36,167 bases of DNA, taken from a virus (taxonomy: Duplodnaviria > Caudoviricetes). This document shows positions 25,716-34,700 of the stretch, piece after piece. Numbering within the stretch: the first letter of the stretch is position 1; each line of letters opens with the position of its first letter. Below the pieces are notes generated by a model. It searched no databases. It was given only the letters and a program-made list of their open reading frames with translations, and was not told where the DNA came from. The position numbers and the translations under genes are program-made. The stretch lies in IMG/VR virus record IMGVR_UViG_3300030410_000026, positions 1 through 36,167 of that record; one strand, 5' to 3'.

Positions 25716-26099
25716 CTAAAACGAATCTTTAATAGCGTTGAACAAACTAGGGACTAAATACATTGCAGCGAATACAAGTAAATATTTCATTATTATGCTT
25801 AGAATTTTTTTAGAATCTCCGCCAGCTCCGGCGCGAATAGTTTCTACTAAGCACATAATTAATAAGATCCAATATCCCCAACCGCGGATTAAGTTTAAAA
25901 GTGTTCCACCAAGATTATCAATTCCTTTGCCAGCAGCATAAGTTTTTTGTGCATTAAATAATATAGCTAAAAATAATATCGTTGCTTTTTCTGTTGTTTT
26001 TACCATTATGTTACTTGTATAATTTCTAATGTTTTTCCCTCTTTCTAATTGTAAAAATTCAGGAATACTCATTACAGGTTTATAAAAATAATTTGTCAT
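25716..26099 (-). CDS. TrbC/VirB2 pilin-like membrane protein
   Basis: Leader ending TYA-A, then two hydrophobic helices separated by GDSKK. Confidence 0.6.
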   Translation of the reverse strand: MTNYFYKPVMSIPEFLQLERGKNIRNYTSNIMVKTTEKATILFLAILFNAQKTYAAGKGIDNLGGTLLNLIRGWGYWILLIMCLVETIRAGAGGDSKKILSIIMKYLLVFAAMYLVPSLFNAIKDSF

Positions 26100-26158
26100 A
26101 AATTCCCTCCGAATAATTTCTAAAGAAATGGTTATACTATTTGTTAGAGGTGATTATA

Positions 26159-26221
26159 ATGTTATTTGCAATAAGTTTATTCGTCGCAGGTCTTTATATA
26201 TTTGCTAAAATTGTTGAGTAA
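26159..26221 (+). CDS. 20-aa hydrophobic peptide MLFAISLFVAGLYIFAKIVE
   Basis: AGAGGTGA RBS; GAATA...GGTTATACTA promoter-like element upstream. Confidence 0.45.
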   Translation: MLFAISLFVAGLYIFAKIVE

Positions 26222-26327
26222 TCAAATATGAATTACTTGTTAAATATAATAAAATGTAGCACTTTTTTGACTTTGCTGGCATATCTTACTGTACAGACGT
26301 AGCGCAGCAGGAAGCGCAGTAAAGAGT

Positions 26328-26360
26328 GGTTATTTTCCTTCGGGAAGGTAGCCTATTTTT
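26328..26360 (+). terminator. plus-strand terminator with a cUUCGg loop
   Basis: GGTTATTTTCC-TTCG-GGAAGGTAGCC-TATTTTT; the G-U pairs work only on the plus strand. Confidence 0.7.
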
Positions 26361-26502
26361 ATGATCTGCTTTTTTGTATAAATGATATATAATGTTGGAG
26401 TGCTTCTTTTATAAAAGCTGACTTATCGGTATGCCTTAAAACCTCGGTATATATTTTTATTTCCTCAATGTTTTCCTTAAAGCTTACATTTACTTTTGGC
26501 AT
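26359..26502 (-). CDS. 47-aa ribbon-helix-helix-like protein
   Basis: Read by hand: MPKVNVSFKEN...DKSAFIKEALQHY; AAAGGAG RBS. Confidence 0.65.
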   Translation of the reverse strand: MPKVNVSFKENIEEIKIYTEVLRHTDKSAFIKEALQHYISFIQKSRS

Positions 26503-26575
26503 ATGCACTACTCCTTTCTAATTACTTTAATATCTATATATGCAGTAATGCTCAAAATAGTTCCTAAATTTAAGC

Positions 26576-26610
26576 AAAAAAAATAAAGGCAACCAATTAA
26601 GGCTACCTTT
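26576..26610 (-). terminator. terminator after the lysis module
   Basis: AAAGGTAGCC/GGTTGCCTTT plus T run on the minus strand. Confidence 0.65.
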
Positions 26611-26615
26611 TAAAA

Positions 26616-27068
26616 TTATAAAGTTGCTGTAGTAGTTGTGGCAGATGAACTAATATTTGTTATTGGTAAATTTACTACATCTGCTTCGTCTTTTAAAGGA
26701 TTAAACGCAGGTGCTAGTATAGTAGTAAGTTGGCTATTTACTTCGCCTACAATAGATTCCCTGAAATGGTCTATCTCGTCTTGTGTAAGTCCAGGAACCT
26801 TATCTAAAATCAACTTGTCAAACATATCAGCTTTTAGAGTGCCTGCCCCAGGAATAAACTTAAATAACTGTTCCACCTGAAAGTAAATTGCCTTTGCTAT
26901 TGTTAGGTCTGCATTGTACTTGTCTATGCCTGTCTTTGTGATTAAAGCCTGCCTTTTCTTTGTTAAATACAACCCTGCAATACCGATTAGATATGTTGCC
27001 CCAAGCCCTAAAATTGATAGTAATGCACCTATTAATACTTTGTATACCCCTGTTAATAATATATCCAT
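26616..27068 (-). CDS. holin (LL-H-like)
   Basis: N-terminal TM helix; AIYFQVEQ...GTLKADMF...ESIVGEVN; follows the endolysin. Confidence 0.75.
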   Translation of the reverse strand: MDILLTGVYKVLIGALLSILGLGATYLIGIAGLYLTKKRQALITKTGIDKYNADLTIAKAIYFQVEQLFKFIPGAGTLKADMFDKLILDKVPGLTQDEIDHFRESIVGEVNSQLTTILAPAFNPLKDEADVVNLPITNISSSATTTTATL

Positions 27069-27080
27069 TTTACATTCCTC

Positions 27081-27218
27081 CTATTTTATCTTAACCTTTA
27101 CCTTGTGATGTATTGTTGGTTCACAAACAAGTGTAAGCGGGATTTCAGTAAATTCATTTTCTAAATTCACTATATTATTTAGCTTCTTTAATTTTAAATT
27201 AACTTTAACAATGCTCAT
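27081..27218 (-). CDS. 45-aa hypothetical protein
   Basis: Read by hand; TAATG overlap with the endolysin stop. Confidence 0.45.
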   Translation of the reverse strand: MSIVKVNLKLKKLNNIVNLENEFTEIPLTLVCEPTIHHKVKVKIK

Positions 27219-28102
27219 TATCTTAACAACACTTCCCATGTATCTTGATGTACTTCCCCGTTTGTAACTATGCCGTTATCTTTTTGAAGATTGGTTAAAG
27301 CCCCACCAGTTTCAACCCCATAGTCGCTATCACAACCATATTTAGGTAGCTTATACCCCTTAGATACTAAAATCTGTTGGATAACTTTAATAAGAGTAGG
27401 GTATCTTTTATCTAAATATTTTATAATTGGTAAAGCAGACAATGTTAAAGGGCCATAAACCCCATCTACAATTAAATGCGATCCAAGTTTATTTAATGTT
27501 AATTGCAAAAGTGCTATATTATTGTATACTCTCGGTGTCGCTATGCTATTAATAACTGGTGTAACTACTGGAATTGTAACCGGAACATCTTGGCCGGTGA
27601 TACCTCTTATAATCGCATTTGCTAAAGTTGTTGCATTGTACTTGTTGCAATCGCTCTTAGTATCGCAAAAGAAAGGTTCAATTAAAACAGCTACAGCACT
27701 TGTATATTTAAGTACATATAAATTAGGTCTTGGCTTACTACCTCTATTTACAAACCCTAACTTTGCAATCTCTGTGCATATTTTATCAGCATAAGTTTTG
27801 CCTGCGTTGCTAAGATATTCAACCTCGCAACCTTGCGCTACATCTGTCTGGAAAGCATTAACATGACAACTTACAAACAAGTCTACTTTTAAACTATTAG
27901 CATAGTTAACCCTGTAGGCTAAGCTTTGGTCTAAGGTTAAGCCTGGTTGAGTAGGAGTAACGTTATAAACCGTATGTCCTAGCTTCTGTAGCCCTGCTAT
28001 TACAAGAGGTCCATACTCCCTAATAATATTTTCTTCGTTTAGATAACCATTTGCTCCACGGTCTTGTCCTGTACCATGTCCAAAATCTACTCCGATTCGC
28101 AT
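27218..28102 (-). CDS. endolysin: N-acetylmuramoyl-L-alanine amidase (Amidase_3) with PG-binding repeats
   Basis: VDFGHG, DRGANGYLNE, FVSCHVNA, VLIEPFFCD; C-terminal VDGVYGPLT and LQKDNG. Confidence 0.95.
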   Translation of the reverse strand: MRIGVDFGHGTGQDRGANGYLNEENIIREYGPLVIAGLQKLGHTVYNVTPTQPGLTLDQSLAYRVNYANSLKVDLFVSCHVNAFQTDVAQGCEVEYLSNAGKTYADKICTEIAKLGFVNRGSKPRPNLYVLKYTSAVAVLIEPFFCDTKSDCNKYNATTLANAIIRGITGQDVPVTIPVVTPVINSIATPRVYNNIALLQLTLNKLGSHLIVDGVYGPLTLSALPIIKYLDKRYPTLIKVIQQILVSKGYKLPKYGCDSDYGVETGGALTNLQKDNGIVTNGEVHQDTWEVLLR

Positions 28103-28221
28103 TTAATCAACTCCTTTTTCGTATAATCAACACACTTTTCTGGACTATCATTGCACTTTTCGCAATTTCGACCCCTGCCTGTGCAAGTAATATTTTGTTC
28201 CTTTTTCTCCTTAGTAATCAT
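28087..28221 (-). CDS. small Cys-rich protein
   Basis: AAGGAGG RBS before MITKEK. Confidence 0.5.
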   Translation of the reverse strand: MITKEKKEQNITCTGRGRNCEKCNDSPEKCVDYTKKELIKCESE

Positions 28222-28232
28222 ATAATCCTCCT

Positions 28233-28607
28233 TTAATGCGTAACCACATAAGTAATTAACCCAACGCATAAACTAAATAAAGCACCCATTATTAGCGCAG
28301 TTGACCATGTAGGCCTACCTTGATTTACTTCATCTAATTTCTTTAATATCTGTTCGCTCTTAGTGTCCATATTATCCAACTTGTGATTCATCTCCACTTC
28401 AAAACAAGTCTGTTGAGTTTTCAGTATTCCTACTTCAGTTTGCAAAACTGCAATTGCCGTTAACGCTGTATTATTTTCTTTTGCTATTACAACTGCTGCT
28501 GCATTAGCAGCTTCTAGCACTGCCTTTGCTGTTGCTGTCGCTGCCTGTGCTACGATAGCAGCTGTTATTTGTTCCTGTGTCTTTGTTTCTGTGCTCATAT
28601 CTTCCAT
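28233..28607 (-). CDS. XhlA-like lysis-associated membrane protein
   Basis: Coiled coil plus a single C-terminal TM helix; GGAGG RBS before MEDMS. Confidence 0.6.
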   Translation of the reverse strand: MEDMSTETKTQEQITAAIVAQAATATAKAVLEAANAAAVVIAKENNTALTAIAVLQTEVGILKTQQTCFEVEMNHKLDNMDTKSEQILKKLDEVNQGRPTWSTALIMGALFSLCVGLITYVVTH

Positions 28608-28761
28608 TGTCAACCTCCAAATATTTATATTTACAAACAAATAAAAAGAAGGTATTATTTAAAATACCTCCATTCGTGGAGCAAATTAGTAGGGCAATTT
28701 AACTTAATCGTGGTTGCCCTACTTTTATATATAAAAAAGAGCCTACAGAAAAGTAGACTCC

Positions 28762-31700
28762 TTATTTATTGTATGGATTAATTGGGATAGCCTTAGTTGA
28801 AGGTTTAGCGTACTTTTTAGGCACGTACTTAGATTGCTCAACTAAAGGTTCTAGTAGTTTTCTTTGTTCTGCAAGGGATAAATTACTATGTGTAATATTG
28901 GTTACTTTCCTTCTAAATAAAGTAGATTCTTTAGAAATATTATCCTTTAAGTTTGCAGAAATTAATGTAGTAAATTGTGTAGTTGGCATCGATAGTCCTT
29001 GTGCTTGTGTTTGTAAATCTTTTAATTGTAATTTCCTATCATTAATATCCTCAACATTTTTGTAAATATCCTCTGCTTTCTTTCTTAAAGCTGTGGCTTC
29101 ATCGCTCCCATTAGAACTTATTGCTTCTGCCTGGGATATTAACTGTGCTGCTTTTAAATCATCTTTCCCTTTAAGTTTAGCAGCTTCATCTCTTAAAGCT
29201 TTTTCTTTGATTGGATCCCCACTTAAAATTTTACCTATCTGATCTTTAGTATAAGATGAGGATTCGTAATTATCACCGTTCATAGCAGCATTTGTTTCAT
29301 TAGCAACATTAAGTATCTTTTGTCTAAGTTCTCTAATTTTAGTTTGGTCGTTTCCAGCTTCTTTTATTTGTTGGTTATAACCTGATATCGCACTAATCGC
29401 CTCTGTAAACATTCCTTTATGGATTTCTTCTATCGTTAATTCTTTTCCAGGAATATTTTCAAGTTTATTTTTATCGGAACTCGCTTTTGAGATTGCATCA
29501 TAGTTCTCATATAAATCTGTTAGTCCTTGGTTGTTATATAATGAATCTGTGATAAATTTTGAAGTGAATGGGGATGTCAAAACCTCTCCAATGGTTTTAC
29601 CTTGCGTTATCGCTTTTGTATCAAGTGGTTGACCAAATTGTGCGAATACCCCCGTATAACTGTAAACTATATAATCAAATTGTTTTGGGGATAAGTCTAT
29701 ACCGAATTTGTGTAAAAACTCTGCTATTGCCTTAGCTGTTTCGGTAGATTTCTCATCAAATTGTAGATATTTTGAGCCACCACTCATGACCATACTTTGA
29801 GGGACTATATTCCTTCCAGCGAAGTCTTTGTTACCACCCATGGCTATATTAGCAAGAGGTGTCCAAATACCACTTGTTAATGGGTCGAAAAGGAAATTAG
29901 TTAACACAGTGTTAGAAAAGCCTTTAAAAGGGTTCAATTTACCTTCGTTTAATCTTACAAGTCTTTCTGCCAAACTTCCAAATAACACGCCAAATTCACG
30001 TTGTTTTGGCAACCTGATAAATTTTATGCAATACCCATCAGAATCTTTAGGACCCCAAGGATTAGGAAAATTCAAATAAGTATCTTTAACTCTATTATCT
30101 AAGCTTTGGTAGTGTGGGTTATCTTTGTTTACAAGATCCAACAAAAGCGTAGTTGCCGTAATAGCAGCTAATCCTTTAAGTATGGTTTTAAGTGCTGTTC
30201 CAGGGTGTAAAGGGTTGAGTTGTCTAAATACCTTATCAACACCCTGGACAGCAGGATTTAAATAAGGAGAAAAGGAATCTATAGCTTTTGTTATCGCTCC
30301 ATACCTGGCAAAATTCGTGCTAACCTCTGCTGCATTATAAATACCTTGCATTTTGCTCGCATAAGTTCTGCCACCCTTTTTAATTGTAGCCAGGTATTCT
30401 GCGAAACGGGGCACGCTCTCGGTCACGTTATTTAAAGTTCCAAGTGCATCGCTTGCCATTGCAAATTTACTTTTACCGTGTATTATTTGTTTACTATATT
30501 TTTCAAGTTTTTTTGCATCGCTTGCTACGAAATTAGAATGTTCCCCACCTAATGATTTATATTCTTGCCAATCTTTGGCATTACTTATTATTTTGGCAAA
30601 TGCTTCAGCTAATTTTTCAGTGTGCGTCAATGGGCTAACCATAACAACTGAGTTAATATATGAATCCGGAGCATCACGGCTAGCATTAGAAAGTGCGAAT
30701 AGAGGGTTTTTACCCGTTACAACAGATTTAAAAGGACCCGTTACTGATCTAGCTATTTTTTCTACAAGTCCTGTTTCTGAATCTATTAGCCCTCTAAATT
30801 CCTTTAACATTTCTTTGTCGTTAAATTGTATGTCTATAGGCTCTCCTTTTATCATTACCGTAACTATATTATCTGTGTTTTTATGTGTCATTGTTCTATC
30901 GAATTGATCGCCTAAAGTATCTGCAAGCCCTTCAATCCCATCTTCTGATAAGGTTTTATTAATTTCGTCTATTACTGCTTGCCTTGTTGGAACTATTTCA
31001 GCTTTAGACTTCATAGCTTCGGGATTCTTCAAGAGTGTTTCATATAAAGCAACGCCTACTTCATTATTACGTGTCGCTACAACAATTTTTTTAATCATTT
31101 TAACATAACTCTCGAGTGGATCAATAATGTCCTTTGATGATCCTATTGCCTTTTTTATTATGTTACCTTGATTTATGAAACTCTTTTTAGCACTTCCTAC
31201 GCCAGGCTTATTGTCGCTTCTGTAAGTTGGCATATAATGAGGGTACATTTCTTTAAGTGTAGCCATTGTTTCAGGACTAACCATATTCCCATCTACAGCC
31301 CATGCTTGCATAAATTTATCCCAAAAATCTCTATTTTCTTTTGCTTGCTTAGCTAGTTCAGGATATTTATTATTATAAAAATCTACTACTTGTTTTGACA
31401 TAGCCGAAGTATAATCTTTATCAAATACAGGTTTTTGAATTATAACATCGGTTGTCTTTCCATCTTTAGTGACTTGTGTTTTAATATTCATTCTGTCAAT
31501 GTTATGCTGATGAGCCATATAATCATACAATAGCTTATCATAAGTTATAGCATTTCCTTTAAAATCAGTCACTCTTTTCTTAGGTAGCTTTCTATATATA
31601 TCTTGTAATGATTTACCAATATTTTCTCCACCCATATTCGCTAAGTTCTCTTCTATAATCTTTTCTGCCTGGCTTATTGCGTTTACTGCGTTCATGGACA

Positions 31701-34700
31701 TTATTTTGATATTGAAGTTTGCAGGCATATTCTTTGCAAGTGAACTTGCCATAGCAGTGTAATGCAAATGATTAACAAATAGCTTATATGTTTTATGCAA
31801 TATATTTAATGGAGTTTCTTTCTGATACCCCGACACAAATTTTTGAGAAGTTCTTGGCAACTCGTCAAACGGTACTGCCTTTTCTGGTTCTTTAGGAATT
31901 GCAGCCTTAATAGCTGCTTTTTCTAATTTAGCTGCATTGTTTTTAGTATCGCTAAGAATCAGTCGCTGCCTATTTGTTTTATATTCTGATAACAATTGTT
32001 CGAGTTGTGTCGTGCTATAAGGGTTATCGCTAATATTTGTTAAGTATTTTGATTGAAGCGTATCGAGTGACTTTTGGACATCTGGATTATACTTTGAAGT
32101 ATCTTCTTTGACGCTAATAGCTTTTATAACTTGATTTGCGAAAGAGTTTCTATCCTCTAGTTTTACAGGGAAAGCCGTTCCTTTATCTCTCCAAGATTCA
32201 TTATCATTAGAAATAACATCTGTTACGATATTTTGTGAAACTAAATATTTTAATGTAGGTGTATTCATATCGTCTGTTACAATTAATGAACTTATTGATC
32301 CAAACTCTCTCATTCTTCCGCGCAAGTAATCGGTAGCTTTGTTTTTATCATTAAAAACACCGTTAGGGACTTCTTGGATTGCCCTAACTTTCAATTTTGC
32401 ATCTACAAATAAAATAACTTTAGTATTTTTAGTAAGTTGTAATTGTTTTGCTATTTCTGCAAATTTAGTACCACTTGTAATTTTTTGGCCGAGTAAATCA
32501 TTCTCTATTGCAGGAACTAATAATAAGTCTTTACCTAAATTCAGATTTTCTGTAGACACCTGACCGTTATAGCCTATTAAAGCAAATTTATTAGAATTGA
32601 TAACTACGTGTCCTTTGTACCCATTAACACTATGTTTATACTTTAAACTAATATTAATATCTTCTCTACTTGGGGTAGGATCTCCACTTGGATGATTGTG
32701 AAGTAAATAGTAACCGTCTGCTCCTAACCTTGCCATTCTATTTTTCATATCTTTAAATGCGGTATCAGCATCTTTTGAAAATACTTTAACTACATCAGGA
32801 ACTCTCGACGTAATTCCTTCATGCCCTACTATTGTGTCGCCTTTCATATATACGATTCTAAAGGTTTCATAACGTGGATCACGAAATACTTGTGCTACAG
32901 TTGCTACTTCTGCTGGTGAATGAACTATTCTATCTCTTAGGTCAACCCACCCTCTATGAACTAATTGTGCGTTTATAGCTAACCCTTTAATACCTTGTGC
33001 TACGTAATTATTCTTTCCTCTGGCGCTTTGTATATTGTTGTTTTCTTCGGTTTTTTTGAGGTCTTTGTTTGCTTGGATTGTGATTTCTTTGACATTGGGT
33101 TTCCCCTCCTTTAATTTTAAGTTATCAGTTATCCCGTATTGTTTTAATTGGTTTTGCCATCTTTCTTGGCTCGTTCCGTCTGCTGTAACAGGTAATTTGC
33201 TTAACCAATGTTTACTCCAATCATAAGATTTGCCTACGTCAAACCCCTTGTAGTCGTCTTTAACCCATATCCATTTATGATGCCATATTGACTTACTTGT
33301 GTTTGTTTTTGCAATTGCACCATTTGGACTAACCCAAGTTATCTTACCAGGAATAGGTTCCCTTGCTGTATTAAAATCTGGAGATTCGTCAAATCTTACT
33401 CTTTTAGTTTTTGGATCATAAACTAATGAATTGAAATTATAAAATTGATTAGAATTTTTAAAACTATTTAAAGCATCTTGGTAAACTTCTTTAGGAATAA
33501 CATTTGTCGCATAGTCTTTGCTAACATATATTTGACCGCCAATATCTTTACCTACACCATATTTAGAACGTTTTATTATGCTACCTTTTAATGTCTTTAA
33601 TTTCTTCTCTTCAAATATGCCGTAAGGTTTAATACCTTCTTGTACCTTTAGATTATCACTTTTAACCCCTTCTGCAATGATTAGATTGCCCTTTTGAGTA
33701 ACATTTTTAAAATATTGTGAAATTTCAGGAATATATTTCTTAGTTTTGGAATTATTTTGCCAACCTTTAGAAGTTTCTACACCAATGTTCGTTCCGTTGC
33801 CTTCATAAATAAGGAAATATGCCTTGCCATTAGATTTTAATACATTTGCTGCGTTGGCTATAGCCTGTTCTCTTGCATCTATTTCATTAATCACATTTAG
33901 GACATTGTTAATTGTTGCTGTATCTACTTGACCGTTTTCAATATGCCTAATTGAATTTTGATTGAACTCTTCATTACGGTTATATGGATCATAAATATAA
34001 TTAGCAACTCCTTGTGCTTTTAGATATTCGGTTGCATTATCAAACTTTCCCCCACCTATGTCTGCATTAACTGTATTAGGTTCAAACTTTACTCTATTAA
34101 ATGTTGCGGGTAATTTTGAAGCATTAATTGATGTATTCGCCGATGAAATCTTTTGCTGTGGTCCGTTAAATGGAGTTTTATTCTCTAAAAGTATGTTTGG
34201 ATCGCTAGGGTTAAATTCTCCGTTATTTCCTGTCGCTGATTTAATTTGGTTAGGGTTAAAAGCTACATATATTCTTTCACTATGTTGTTTAATGAAATCT
34301 GTTTTATCTAAATATCCAGTTATGTTTTCACCGTTAGCATAGTTATAATCTAACCCTCCATTTTCTTTGTTTTTAACTATTTGATACTGTGTGCCTCTAT
34401 TGGAAGTATAAGTATACTCACCTTTTTTATCAAATTCCCTCCAATCTATTTTTGGTGCATCTTGATGTATAACACCATCATACCCCATTTTTTGAAGTTC
34501 TAATCTTGTAATGTCTGCATATGACATACCACCCGATAAATTATAATTTTCGTAGTTGTTATAAATAGTTTTAGCGACTTCATTAGCCACCTTAATAGGA
34601 GCAGGGTTTTTTATAGCTAAATAGTAGCTCTTAACGTATTTAGGGTCTTCCCATGCAGGAGATGCGTATGATTCATCAGAATTAAACCAAAATCCATTAT

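Noticed and set aside
23153-26099. Complete conjugation system or ICE
   Set aside because: No relaxase, oriT-like context or other T4SS core genes visible.
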